64,000 nt of DNA from a virus. Its lineage: Duplodnaviria > Heunggongvirae > Uroviricota > Caudoviricetes. Position numbers and translations under genes: made by a program. Of this stretch, positions 45,600 to 56,691 are shown one piece after another. Position 1 is the first letter of the stretch; each line of letters opens with the position of its first letter. The notes under the pieces are model-generated. The model worked only from the letters and a program-made list of their open reading frames with translations, made no database searches and was not told the DNA's origin. The stretch lies in IMG/VR virus record IMGVR_UViG_3300033119_001367, one strand, 5' to 3'.

Positions 45600-48500
45600 A
45601 TGGCTGAAGAAATTTCACTGAATCCTAAACAACTTTATTTTGGTTTAAATCCTGACTCTATAACTTCACAGTTAAAGCCAGGGCAATATCCTTATGCACT
45701 GAATGCCGTAGTAGAGGGATGGGATGGTAACATATTAACTATTCAGAATGAACAAGGCAATCTTTTTTGTTTTGATTTTCCTGTAGGATATAAAGTTATA
45801 GGAGCTAAAAATATCTCTCAATTAGGTAAGATATTTTTTATACTTACAAATCCAGAAACTGGAGATAGTGAAGTAGGGCTTGGGACTAATGATACTTGTG
45901 AATATAAAACCCTTATATCTGATGTAGGAAATGGTTGTAAATTTGGGTTTAATATCAATTTTCCCATTCACAAAATGGTTGTAAAAACAACCAATTGTTC
46001 TACACAGGTTTACTTTACTGATGGTCAACCGGGTCACAGGATGTATATTGATTTGGATGATTTACCCTGGGTTGAGGAAATTGATCCAAATAATTCCTTC
46101 AAAAGAATAAAGAAAGTAGGGGAACTGGATTGTAATAAGTTAAGGGTTCAACCTGATTTTAGTATACCTGAAATAAAGGGAACCGAAGTTACCATTGGTG
46201 GAAACTTATTAACTGGTGTTTATCAGGGGGTTGTACAATATGCAAATTCTTTAGGAGAAGGTCTTACAGGGATGTATAATGCTACAAATCCTATTGGTAT
46301 TTTTGAACAGAAAGAATCACCAGATTTTAACCTTCCGACTGCTAAAGCAATTACATTTGAGATAACAAACCTGGATCAGAGTGGACTATATGAGTATTTC
46401 AATCTAATAGTAATAAAAACAATTAATAATATAGTATCTGTAGAACAAGTAGGTACTTTCCCCACTGCGAATCCTACTTATACATATACATACACTGGTG
46501 TTAATAAAACAGATAAGGCTCTTAATATAGAAGATGTATTTCAGAAGTACCCATATTATGATGTGGCAGAAGATTTATTTGTGGTGGATAATGTACTTGG
46601 TTGGGATATACTTAAAGAGACTGAAGAAAAGAATTATCAACCATTCTGGAGTAAAGTAAGTTTACTTTGGGAATCATATAAAATACCTTATAATCAATTT
46701 CAGGGTTATAATAATGGTATTAATGTAGAGAAGTTTAAGGGGTATATGAGGGATGAAGTATATCCTTATGAAGGTTGTTTTATATTCAAGAATGGTAAAC
46801 AATCCAGGTCTTACCATATCCCTGGTAGACAAGCTAATATGCAGGATGTACAGATTGTTCAGCCAGATAATCCAGATAATGGGTTTTCCACTGTTGATCC
46901 CTGTAACCCTCCTAAGCCAAAATTCTATTGGCAAGTTTATAATACAGGTAGTGTAACTGCTACACCATATCCTACTACTCCTGGAGATTGTTATATCGGA
47001 CCATATCAATATGGAGAAATGGCTTACTGGGAAAGTGAAGAAAGGTATCCTAATAATACAGAGATATGGGGAACATTAGCCAATCAAAGAATCAGACATC
47101 ATAAAATGCCTGATGTATTGGTTAGTCCTATACATGATAATAATGACTTAAATGACCCTTCCTTTGAACATTCTATATTTCCATTAGGGGTTAAGATAAA
47201 TCCTATATCTTTTATACAGGCTCTTAAGGAAACACTTACTGCTGAAGAAATTTCACAAATAGCAGGATTTAAGATAACAAGAGGAAACAGGGTAAATAAT
47301 AAGAGTATCATAGCTAAAGGACTTATACACAATGTAGGTGTTACAAGATATGATGATAAGAATTATTTTTATCCTAATTATCCATTTAATGATTTAAGGG
47401 AAGATCCTTATTTCGTAAATACAAAATTGGATAGTCATGCTGGATTTATAACTAATGATGCTTTAAAAGGATTTGACAATCTGGATTCTAAAAGTCATTT
47501 TACTTTCCATTCTCCTGATACTCATTTTTATCAACCTTCTTTAGGTAATACAGGACAGTTTCTTAAGATGGAAACTATTGAGTATGGACAATCTGTTGGG
47601 CATTTTGTTAAAGTAACTGATAATGCAGAATATAAATTTCTTACACCAAGAGCTATTCAGGCTGCTGCTGGACTAGGTATTTCTGGTGGTGTAGTTATTG
47701 GAGCTGGTATGATGGGGTGGCCTGAGTATACAATGGCTAATGTAGTTCCTACTTATGTAGCTGCTGTAGAACTATTTGAAAGGTTAGCACCATTTACAAA
47801 CTTTGGTTATACTTTTAACTCTGTTGGAAACTATAACAGGTCATTTGGAATACCTAATGATGGGTTTAAACAAAGGGGAATAAACTTTAATAAATATATT
47901 ATAGACGGACTAAACTCTGTTGAAAATGGAAAGGTTATAAATAATTTCCGTAGAGAAAGTTCTGTATATATAGCAACTGGTGGAGATTTTCAATTTCCAC
48001 ATGAATATTCTAATAGTATCCCTACAGATACTTCTAGATACAATATAGCATCTCTAAATGGTGATTTTCTATCCCCAGAAACAAATAGACTAGCTGACAT
48101 AAGTTCTTATTATGGTTCTATAAAAAGAGACTTACCTAATCAATGGGGATATATGTACTCTTATGAAACCATTGATACAGGATATTACCAGAGTCTTAGG
48201 GATTCACTGGGTAACTTTGTATCAGAATATCCTACTATATTCGGTGGAGATGTGTTTATAAACAGGTTTGCTTATAAATCAAAGCTTCCATTCTTTAGGG
48301 ATAATACAGTTGGGAATCCTAATGCTACTGATATAGCATATGAGGATATAGGAAACTTAAATTACCCTATGTTCTGGATGTCTACCAAAGCCCAGAGTTA
48401 TGATGTTGATTTAGATGCTGAGATTGAAGATGTTAGACAGGAATTTCTTGCTCCTTCATTTTTTGATATTATAGCTAATATAGTTGGTGGTGGTGCTAGA

Positions 48501-50231
48501 GGTTCTCAAAAAGCTATGGCTTTAGTTGCTAAATTATTTGAAGAAATAGGAGATAAGATAGGTGTAAAGAATCTTAATCTTGACAGAGCTGTTTCATCCA
48601 GGTTATTTGAACAAGGTCTATTCTATTTATTTGCTTATGGCATTCCTTATTTCTTTTGTGAATCAGAGGTTAATGTGGATTATAGGCAAGCTACTAATAC
48701 CAGAGAAGGTAATTTCTACCCTAATGTAGGAGGAGATATACCTGATGATTGGTTACAAGAAGTATCTGTTCCCATTATCCAGGATAATATGTACACTTAT
48801 AATAAGACGTATTCTAAACAGAATAAAGAAAATTATTTTGCACACCTCAGAGAAGATTATGACCCTAACAAACTATGTAATTCTGAATTTCAGAATAGAG
48901 CAATTTGGTCAGAAAAGTCTTCTCTTGAGGAAACAAAGAATAACTGGTTAGTATATAAACCTATTAGCAGGATAGATTTTCCTAAGAACTATGGATTACT
49001 AGTATCTGTTGATGGTATTGAGAATACCCAAGTACTGGTAAGATTTGAAAATAAAACACAGTTATATAACACATTATTAACAGCTCCTACAAGTGTAGCA
49101 GATGTATATCTTGGTAAGAGTCTATTTACAACTACTGTACCACCTTGGGATTATGCAGATACAGATTTAGGTTATATAGGTACACAGAACAAGTTCCTGT
49201 TAAAAACAGAGCATGGAGATATTACTATAGATGCTTTAAGAGGTCAGATATTCTTAATTAAAGGACAACAAAGTAAAGAACTAAGTGCTGAAGGTGCTAG
49301 TAAATTCTTTACAGAGTATCTTCCATTTACAATAAAGAAAGCTTTCCCAGAGTATTCTATTGATAACCATTTCAATGGTGCTGGATTACATGGAGTTTAT
49401 GACCCTAAATATGACAGGTTTATAATAACTAAATTAGACTATAAACCATTACTCAGCACTATTACTTATGATGGAGAAGTGTTTAAGGATGGTGGTACAG
49501 TAGTAGAATTAACCGATTCTAAGTATTTCTGTAATACATCCTTTACTATATCTTATTCATTCACTACTAATTCATGGACTTCATACCATTCTTATTTACC
49601 TAACTACTATGTGGGAAATAACAATTTTTTCTACTCAGGTAAACAAAATGGTATCTGGAAACATGATACAGCATTAACTCTTTATAATAACTTCTATGGA
49701 GAAATTGCTCCATATATTATAGAGTATCCTTATTCATATAAATACTTAGATGAGATATTACAAAATGTACAGGACTATTCAAAAATACTACAGTACGATA
49801 ATTGGCAGTCCTTCGTTGAGACGGATGATTTTTATTTTAACAAATGTATAGTTTATTCCAATCAACAATGTTCTGGTATACTAGAGTTAGATAAGAAACC
49901 AAAGAATAACTTGTTTACACAGAAAGAGTATCCCAAGTATAACCCTGAATCCAAGACTATTCTATATACAAAATCAGGTAGTTTTTATCAGTTTAATACA
50001 TTCTGGGACTTGGTGAAGAATAATAAACAACCTATTTGGTTACCTTCTTGTGAGTCTGTTTCTATATTCAAAGAGCTTAATCAGAGTAATATGTCTTATA
50101 ATAAGAGATCTTTTAACAAAGCTCCTATTAGGTCTAAAGATTTAAAGATTAGACTGATTAACGACAAATATGATAATCTTAAATTTGTGAGTTCCTTTTT
50201 TGTTACCCAAACACAAAAATCTTATAAATAA
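45600..50231 (+). CDS. giant virion/tail protein (1543 aa)
   Basis: Uninterrupted 4.6-kb ORF; ATAATATGG junction with the upstream gene. Confidence 0.65.
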   Translation: MAEEISLNPKQLYFGLNPDSITSQLKPGQYPYALNAVVEGWDGNILTIQNEQGNLFCFDFPVGYKVIGAKNISQLGKIFFILTNPETGDSEVGLGTNDTCEYKTLISDVGNGCKFGFNINFPIHKMVVKTTNCSTQVYFTDGQPGHRMYIDLDDLPWVEEIDPNNSFKRIKKVGELDCNKLRVQPDFSIPEIKGTEVTIGGNLLTGVYQGVVQYANSLGEGLTGMYNATNPIGIFEQKESPDFNLPTAKAITFEITNLDQSGLYEYFNLIVIKTINNIVSVEQVGTFPTANPTYTYTYTGVNKTDKALNIEDVFQKYPYYDVAEDLFVVDNVLGWDILKETEEKNYQPFWSKVSLLWESYKIPYNQFQGYNNGINVEKFKGYMRDEVYPYEGCFIFKNGKQSRSYHIPGRQANMQDVQIVQPDNPDNGFSTVDPCNPPKPKFYWQVYNTGSVTATPYPTTPGDCYIGPYQYGEMAYWESEERYPNNTEIWGTLANQRIRHHKMPDVLVSPIHDNNDLNDPSFEHSIFPLGVKINPISFIQALKETLTAEEISQIAGFKITRGNRVNNKSIIAKGLIHNVGVTRYDDKNYFYPNYPFNDLREDPYFVNTKLDSHAGFITNDALKGFDNLDSKSHFTFHSPDTHFYQPSLGNTGQFLKMETIEYGQSVGHFVKVTDNAEYKFLTPRAIQAAAGLGISGGVVIGAGMMGWPEYTMANVVPTYVAAVELFERLAPFTNFGYTFNSVGNYNRSFGIPNDGFKQRGINFNKYIIDGLNSVENGKVINNFRRESSVYIATGGDFQFPHEYSNSIPTDTSRYNIASLNGDFLSPETNRLADISSYYGSIKRDLPNQWGYMYSYETIDTGYYQSLRDSLGNFVSEYPTIFGGDVFINRFAYKSKLPFFRDNTVGNPNATDIAYEDIGNLNYPMFWMSTKAQSYDVDLDAEIEDVRQEFLAPSFFDIIANIVGGGARGSQKAMALVAKLFEEIGDKIGVKNLNLDRAVSSRLFEQGLFYLFAYGIPYFFCESEVNVDYRQATNTREGNFYPNVGGDIPDDWLQEVSVPIIQDNMYTYNKTYSKQNKENYFAHLREDYDPNKLCNSEFQNRAIWSEKSSLEETKNNWLVYKPISRIDFPKNYGLLVSVDGIENTQVLVRFENKTQLYNTLLTAPTSVADVYLGKSLFTTTVPPWDYADTDLGYIGTQNKFLLKTEHGDITIDALRGQIFLIKGQQSKELSAEGASKFFTEYLPFTIKKAFPEYSIDNHFNGAGLHGVYDPKYDRFIITKLDYKPLLSTITYDGEVFKDGGTVVELTDSKYFCNTSFTISYSFTTNSWTSYHSYLPNYYVGNNNFFYSGKQNGIWKHDTALTLYNNFYGEIAPYIIEYPYSYKYLDEILQNVQDYSKILQYDNWQSFVETDDFYFNKCIVYSNQQCSGILELDKKPKNNLFTQKEYPKYNPESKTILYTKSGSFYQFNTFWDLVKNNKQPIWLPSCESVSIFKELNQSNMSYNKRSFNKAPIRSKDLKIRLINDKYDNLKFVSSFFVTQTQKSYK

Positions 50232-50237
50232 AATACT

Positions 50238-50756
50238 ATGGAATTATTCAAAACAACCCAGCCAAAAAACCCATTTGCTTCTGAATCTGTAATTAAGATA
50301 CTGAATTATAGGATAGAACAAGAAGAACAATCTTCCAGATTATACCAAGCCATGTCTTTATGGTTAAATGATCATGGGTTTATGGGTGCAGCTAAAGCTT
50401 GGAAAAAGGATTCAGAAGATGAAATGACTCACGCTAATTGGGCTAAAGAATATCTATTGGATATGGGTGTACAACCTACATTACCTGCTTTACCAAAGCC
50501 ACAACAAGAATTCCCTGGATTGTGTGAGATAATAAAGATGTCCTTTGAGCATGAAATATTGGTTACAAAACAATGTAATGATCTAGCTAATAATGCTTTA
50601 AAGACAGGTGATAATCTCCTGTATCAGTTAGCTAATAAATTCCTGCAAGAGCAACAAGAAGAAATTGGTAAGTTACAAACTTTACTTGATAAGCTTGAAG
50701 CTTTTGGTGAAGATAAAATTGCACTTAGATTACTTGACAATGAATTAGGAAGCTAA
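50238..50756 (+). CDS. ferritin (FtnA-like, 172 aa)
   Basis: LYQAMSLWLNDHGFMGAAKAWKKDSEDEMTHANWAKEYLLDMG is collinear with the E. coli FtnA segment [43 protein letters not shown]. The ferroxidase ligands (E, ExxH, E in FEHE, E in EQQEE) are conserved. Confidence 0.75.
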   Translation: MELFKTTQPKNPFASESVIKILNYRIEQEEQSSRLYQAMSLWLNDHGFMGAAKAWKKDSEDEMTHANWAKEYLLDMGVQPTLPALPKPQQEFPGLCEIIKMSFEHEILVTKQCNDLANNALKTGDNLLYQLANKFLQEQQEEIGKLQTLLDKLEAFGEDKIALRLLDNELGS

Positions 50757-53665
50757 TGGGATGGTTAAAAAAATATCAAGAAGGAGGCACTATAAAAGCT
50801 CAGGGTGGAAAAAGCTTTGAAGATATTACTAGGATAAAAACTGTTACTTCTTTAAATAATTATTCTAGTGATGCTACACTAATGAAGCAAATAAAAAAAG
50901 AAAATTCTAATAATCCGTTATATCGTTATTATGATGATAAAACTATTCAATGGATGTTGAATAATTTTGTAAAAAATGATTCAAAGAATTTACTACCAAC
51001 TGCTCAAAAAGGTGGACGTACACCAATATATGTAACTGATCCTAAAGATCCACTAAAAATGGCTTATGATGATAGTTTGAAATTACATAATTATGGACTT
51101 CAAGCAGAGAAATACTTTAAAACAAATATAGAACCAATTTTAAGACATGGTAAACAAAACCCCTCAAGAGAACTAGAATTAGTTGATGATGCTATTAGAC
51201 TATGGAATGGAAAAAATAGAGGTGGGATTTTACCAAAAGCTCAATCAGGAATTACTACTGCTGAAAATTTTAATGCACAATGGATAGATTCTCCAAAGTA
51301 TAAAGAAATGTTAGAAAAAAGTGCAGGTATGAATAGTTCTGTTTATGATGCTGCAAGAAAAATAGCTTTAAAGAATACAACTGTTAAGAGAAGTGAAAAT
51401 TCAACACTAGTGCCTGGTGAAAAAGTTTCAGGGTTGTCAGTAATAGGTTCTAATAAGTTTCCTGTTATTACTACAGCAAGAGTTGATAGTAAGTATAATT
51501 CATCTGGTATATTAGTACCAGGAGAAAAAGATATTGATACAGCAATTCATGAATTATCACATGCTTCAGATTATAATGGTACACTTATTCCTTCAATAGA
51601 TCAAAATAAAATTAATTCCTATGCTGCTAAAGATATATATACATCTCCAGCAATCTTAGATAATTTTAAAAATAAAAATATTAATGAATTACAACAAAAA
51701 CAAATTGTAAATGATGTATGGGATTCTACAACAAGAGATACTGTTAATAAACAAATGAAATATGTTGGTGATCCATCTGAAACAAGAGCTAGATTAAATA
51801 GTATTAGAGCTCATTCTAAACGTAATAATATTTATAATCCTTTTACGCAATTTATTAATCCTGAACAATTAAATAAAATAAATATCGATTCTTTAAGTGA
51901 TTTAAGAATGATTTATACAGATGCTGAAATAGTTGATTTATTAAATAGTGTATCAAAAACAGATAATAATCAACAACTTCCTATTGCTCAAAGTGGTGGA
52001 AGTTTTGAAGCAATAACAGGAATAAAACCTATTAAATCTTTAACTAATGTTGCCAGTACAACAGCTCTACCAATAAACAAACAAAAAACATTAGCTCAAC
52101 AACAATTAGAAAGAATACAAGCTGAAGCAGCATATTTAAATCAAGGAAGAGTTCCAACAGCAGCTGAAAGAGCAGCAACTATTATAAAGAATAGAAACTA
52201 TGCAGCTAGCAATCCTTATTCAAAAGTAAATGAACAAGGAGACTTAGTCCCAAAACAATATAATAGAAGTGTAGCAGGTACACCAGATTATGGTTCAAGA
52301 GCTAAAGCTAATGATAAATTTATGGATCATGCTGCTAATGCTTTAGAAGCTGCAAGTTATGTAACAGGAGCTGGAGAATTATATGGAACGTATAAAAATA
52401 TTATGAAAGGTGCTGTAAAAGGTGCAAAATCTTTATCATCAACAGGTATTGATGAATTAGGTGTATATACACAACAAGGGGATAAAAAATTATATCAGTT
52501 AGGAGAAGGTTTTGGTGATATCCAACCTTTACCAAAAACAACACGTAGTTATCCATCTTCACAAGAATTAGGTATACAAAAAGCTATTGCAAAAGGACAA
52601 TTTAGTAAACAAGAATTATTAGGTGCAAGAAACTTTATGACTCCAAGAGAGAAAGAAATTTTTGATTTGTATACTAAAACTTCAAGCAAGTTTAATTGGA
52701 AACCAGGTGCAGATAATACAGAATATTTTAATGAGCTATCTAAATTAGCTAAAGATAATGGAATATCCATGGACGAATTATTACAAAGTAGTTTAACTAT
52801 CCTTAGGAAAATTCATGGTAATAAAGCAAAAAAATTGGGTGATTTTTATAATCTTCATATTATAGATCCAAAATTTCCAGAAAGTGGAGCTAGAAAAATA
52901 GTTGGAGAATCAGAAAATTTATTATCATCAGTAGATAGATCAACTAAAAGTATTGTTCCATTAGGTGATAATCAAATATGGAGTGAAGCTCAAAGAAAAA
53001 GAATGAATATCATAGATAATATGATAGATAATTTACCACCAGAACAACGTGCTAAATTTATTAAAATATCTCAAATTGATAATAAAAGAATGTATAATAG
53101 TGTAGTTGGAGAACCATACACAGGAGCAGAAGCTTTTAAAACAATTACACCAACATCAAGTGGAAGAATACCAAAAAATATAAAGAGTGGACTCACAAAT
53201 ACATCAACAGGTAATTCTAACGGTGTATTTAATACAGGACAACCCAATAGCACTATCAGCAATGTATCTGGCACTACATCTAATACAGGAATAAACATTC
53301 CTAATTCTTTAAAGAACATTGAGCAAGGTATTATAAATAAATCAAAGAGTGTGTCTTCTATAGATAATGTTGAGAATTCATATCCTTCATATAATACTGA
53401 TATTGATTATTCTGAAGTATTAAAACCTAAAAAATCCTTAATTAGTAAATTAGTGGGGACAGCTATGTCACCGGCTGTATTAGCAAATAATGAATTTACT
53501 AGGCAGTTAATGGATGCTATAAGAAAAGCCGAGCCAGAAGATGTTAATACTAAAAATATAAGGGATAATTTATTAAAAATTTTTCCAGGGTTTAAAGAAA
53601 AAACATTAATTTCTCCTAAAGAACAAGGTGGTACAATAAAAAATAATTGGCTTAATAAATATTAA
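50756..53665 (+). CDS. giant virion protein (969 aa) with HExxH motif and repeated PxAQxG motifs
   Basis: AIHELSHAS; four copies of [LI]P.AQ[SKG]G; an internal duplication, AQGGKSFEDITRIKTVTSLNN versus AQSGGSFEAITGIKPIKSLTN. Confidence 0.65.
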   Translation: MGWLKKYQEGGTIKAQGGKSFEDITRIKTVTSLNNYSSDATLMKQIKKENSNNPLYRYYDDKTIQWMLNNFVKNDSKNLLPTAQKGGRTPIYVTDPKDPLKMAYDDSLKLHNYGLQAEKYFKTNIEPILRHGKQNPSRELELVDDAIRLWNGKNRGGILPKAQSGITTAENFNAQWIDSPKYKEMLEKSAGMNSSVYDAARKIALKNTTVKRSENSTLVPGEKVSGLSVIGSNKFPVITTARVDSKYNSSGILVPGEKDIDTAIHELSHASDYNGTLIPSIDQNKINSYAAKDIYTSPAILDNFKNKNINELQQKQIVNDVWDSTTRDTVNKQMKYVGDPSETRARLNSIRAHSKRNNIYNPFTQFINPEQLNKINIDSLSDLRMIYTDAEIVDLLNSVSKTDNNQQLPIAQSGGSFEAITGIKPIKSLTNVASTTALPINKQKTLAQQQLERIQAEAAYLNQGRVPTAAERAATIIKNRNYAASNPYSKVNEQGDLVPKQYNRSVAGTPDYGSRAKANDKFMDHAANALEAASYVTGAGELYGTYKNIMKGAVKGAKSLSSTGIDELGVYTQQGDKKLYQLGEGFGDIQPLPKTTRSYPSSQELGIQKAIAKGQFSKQELLGARNFMTPREKEIFDLYTKTSSKFNWKPGADNTEYFNELSKLAKDNGISMDELLQSSLTILRKIHGNKAKKLGDFYNLHIIDPKFPESGARKIVGESENLLSSVDRSTKSIVPLGDNQIWSEAQRKRMNIIDNMIDNLPPEQRAKFIKISQIDNKRMYNSVVGEPYTGAEAFKTITPTSSGRIPKNIKSGLTNTSTGNSNGVFNTGQPNSTISNVSGTTSNTGINIPNSLKNIEQGIINKSKSVSSIDNVENSYPSYNTDIDYSEVLKPKKSLISKLVGTAMSPAVLANNEFTRQLMDAIRKAEPEDVNTKNIRDNLLKIFPGFKEKTLISPKEQGGTIKNNWLNKY

Positions 53666-53667
53666 AT

Positions 53668-56600
53668 ATGAAACACAAATTTCTAAAATTAGCAGGGGTA
53701 AAAACAGAGAAAGAATTTTATGAGAAGTATCCTGATGAAGCATCTTTCTTCAAGGCTTTCCCAAAAGCCAAAAAAGGTTTAGCAGTTACTCCTGAACAGC
53801 AGTTTGTGGGATTAAACAACCCTATGTATACGGAAATGGAATTTCCTATGCAGGGTAATAATATATTTCGTGGTTTAGATAATGGACAACCTGTATTACT
53901 GAAAGATGCTACTGGTAAACAAAAAATACTTACTGGACCACAAGATACTACTATTATGAAAGGAACTGTTAAAGAAAAAAGAATTAAAGCCCAGAAGGGG
54001 ACATCTATAGACCTTAAGAAAAAAGCTATACACACTGTAGAAGGTAGATATAGTGGTTTACAAGGTAATGATTCTCCAACCCTACTGGAGAGTATTAAAG
54101 GTAATATAGACTATTTTAACAACAACACTCCTGATAGTAATGTGTATAGACCAGAGTTTATGCATCATAGTATAAATGAGATGCCTATTGCACCCGTAGC
54201 TAAACATGGTAAGTCCATGAAGGGTAAAATACCTAAAGCACAGGGAGGGTTCTTTACTGGAAAGAAAAAGGGGTTAATTACTCAAGAGCAAAAGGATGAA
54301 ATGTTATGGGGAGATCAGTATGATAATACTATACCAGTAAATCCAGATGCTCAACCTGTTCAAGCTAATCCAAATTATGATCCAAATCAACAACCACAAT
54401 TTGTAGACCAGGGTTTTGGTACACCGATTCCTACATCCAGTGTTAAAACTAAGTTTCAAAAAACAAATGGAAAAGCAACTGTTGACCATCAACAGAGTAA
54501 AAATAACCACCCTTCATTTGGTGTTGGAGAGGCTATAACCTCTGGTATAGGAATGGCTCAGATGTTAATGGGTCCAGAAGGAGAAAGAAGAAAGATAGAT
54601 AATACCTTAGCTTATAATCCATATGCTTATGGTACTGGTTCACAAGCTATTGCAAAGAAAGGAAAATCTATTAAAGCTTCTCATCAAGGACAAGGGCTTA
54701 TGACCTATGAAGGAGGTAATGCTCCTAAAGTATCTGAGAATATGTTTGATGGTGGTACACACTTATTTACTGGGGACTCTCATGAAAAGGGTGGAATTAC
54801 TTCTTCTTTTAATGGTCAACCATTTGAAGCTGAGGGTGGAGAACCTTTTGCTAAAATAGAAGGTAAAGGTGTTGTTTTTGGAGACCTGATAAATCCAGTA
54901 ACTGGAAGAACTTATAAGAAAGACGCTAAAGAAATAATGAAAAAAGAACAAAAATTAACCAAGTATCTGGATAAAGGTACTAAGTTAGTTAATGAAAAAG
55001 ACCCTACAGATAAGTTTGAAAGATTAGCTTTCAATTCTGGTAGAGCTATGATGGAAGGAGCTGCCACTAAGCTAAAGCAAATAGCCGATTCTAAAGCTCA
55101 CCTTGCTGAATTACAGGAGGCACAACTTGAAATAGAAGGAGAACAAGCTTTTGCCAAACATGGTAAGATAATCAAAGCTCAAAGTGGTGTGACTGCTGCC
55201 CCAGCTCATGATCCTATAGAACTTCCAGATTTATATAGTAATCCTTATGAAGGACTTGTAAGGGAAGCTGCTAGACAAAATTTAGATTATGATCCTGAAA
55301 TATTTCATAGACTGGTAACTCAAGAAAGTGGTTATGACCCTACTCGGGAATCAAGAAAAAATCCTCGTACTGGTGTAAATGCTAAAGGGATAGTTATGCT
55401 TACTCCTAAAGTAGCTAAAAAGTATGGAATATCTCAAAAACAATTAACATCTACTGATGTCAATGATGTTAGAGCTGTTTTAGCTGCTGGTGCTACTGAA
55501 TTAGAAAATTTATTATATAAGTACAATGGTGATATAAAACTAGCTCTTGCTGCCTATAACGGTGGGGAAGGAACTATTAACCACGCTAAAAAGAAACTTG
55601 GAAAAGATAATATTACAGGGGATGAATGGTTAGCTTTTCAAGAAGAGGATTTTAAAAAAAGACCTTCAAAAGACCCTTCTTTATGGAGAACTCAGACAAG
55701 GGAGTATGTTAAAAATATAACTGCAACTGATAATAAGGAGTTCCCAACAAAGGCTAAGGCTTTTAACACTGACTTTTATAGTATTCCTGATTTTAGTTTA
55801 CCTACTCCACAGCTAAAGGGTTTAACACCTGAAGAAATAGCTGCTATGGATGGTAAGAAACCTAATACACCTAATCAACCAGCTAAAGGTTCGGACCCTT
55901 TTCAATGGCAGAAAGTAGAACCTTGGAAGATAAATCCTACAAAAGATAAACTTGAACTTTCTCAAGTGATGGGAGAAACTGCTGCATTATTTGATAGACC
56001 AGATTTTGTAGAAGGACAAAGGTATAATCCAGACCTATATACACCTTATCAGGTATCTTTCCAGGACAGGATTAATCAGAACTCTAAGACATTCAATGCT
56101 TTACAGAGTACTATGGCTGGTAATCCAGAAGCTCTAGCTACTATGGCTGGACAACAGTATTCTGCTAATGATGCTGTATTAGCTGAAGAGTTCAGGACTA
56201 ATCAGGCTATATCTAATGATATAACTAATAAGAATGTGGCATTATTAAATGATGCAAAACTAAAGAATATATCCCTAATTGATCAACAGTATGTTAGACA
56301 AAACCAAGCTAAGAGTATAACTAAACAGAATAGGACAAATGCTCTTAACTCTATATCTTCCAAGATATTGCAGAAGAAAGCCTCTAATAATTTGTTAAAC
56401 ACATATAAGAACCTGTTCCCTCACTATGACTTTGATAATAACTATCAAGTAGTTAAACAAGGTCCAGGTGGTGAACAATATGTTACTTTTCCTACTCAAA
56501 TAGGTACTAATCCTTTCGCTGCTACTGATAAGAAGACTCAAACTACTTATGAGAATGGTGTTGAAAAATCAAAGAAAGAAACTATTGAACCCACTTATGT

Positions 56601-56691
56601 AAGGGATAAAAAATACCTGGAATTGCAGAAGCAACTTGGTGATTTGAAATTCAATGGAAGTATTATTAAAAAATATAAAGGTTCAAATTAA
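53668..56691 (+). CDS. giant virion protein (1007 aa) with lytic transglycosylase (SLT) domain
   Basis: TQESGYDP...GIVMLTP...LALAAYNGGEG matches the family-1 LT signature (catalytic ES, AYNxG); also 3 copies of KAQ[KGS]G. Confidence 0.7.
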   Translation: MKHKFLKLAGVKTEKEFYEKYPDEASFFKAFPKAKKGLAVTPEQQFVGLNNPMYTEMEFPMQGNNIFRGLDNGQPVLLKDATGKQKILTGPQDTTIMKGTVKEKRIKAQKGTSIDLKKKAIHTVEGRYSGLQGNDSPTLLESIKGNIDYFNNNTPDSNVYRPEFMHHSINEMPIAPVAKHGKSMKGKIPKAQGGFFTGKKKGLITQEQKDEMLWGDQYDNTIPVNPDAQPVQANPNYDPNQQPQFVDQGFGTPIPTSSVKTKFQKTNGKATVDHQQSKNNHPSFGVGEAITSGIGMAQMLMGPEGERRKIDNTLAYNPYAYGTGSQAIAKKGKSIKASHQGQGLMTYEGGNAPKVSENMFDGGTHLFTGDSHEKGGITSSFNGQPFEAEGGEPFAKIEGKGVVFGDLINPVTGRTYKKDAKEIMKKEQKLTKYLDKGTKLVNEKDPTDKFERLAFNSGRAMMEGAATKLKQIADSKAHLAELQEAQLEIEGEQAFAKHGKIIKAQSGVTAAPAHDPIELPDLYSNPYEGLVREAARQNLDYDPEIFHRLVTQESGYDPTRESRKNPRTGVNAKGIVMLTPKVAKKYGISQKQLTSTDVNDVRAVLAAGATELENLLYKYNGDIKLALAAYNGGEGTINHAKKKLGKDNITGDEWLAFQEEDFKKRPSKDPSLWRTQTREYVKNITATDNKEFPTKAKAFNTDFYSIPDFSLPTPQLKGLTPEEIAAMDGKKPNTPNQPAKGSDPFQWQKVEPWKINPTKDKLELSQVMGETAALFDRPDFVEGQRYNPDLYTPYQVSFQDRINQNSKTFNALQSTMAGNPEALATMAGQQYSANDAVLAEEFRTNQAISNDITNKNVALLNDAKLKNISLIDQQYVRQNQAKSITKQNRTNALNSISSKILQKKASNNLLNTYKNLFPHYDFDNNYQVVKQGPGGEQYVTFPTQIGTNPFAATDKKTQTTYENGVEKSKKETIEPTYVRDKKYLELQKQLGDLKFNGSIIKKYKGSN

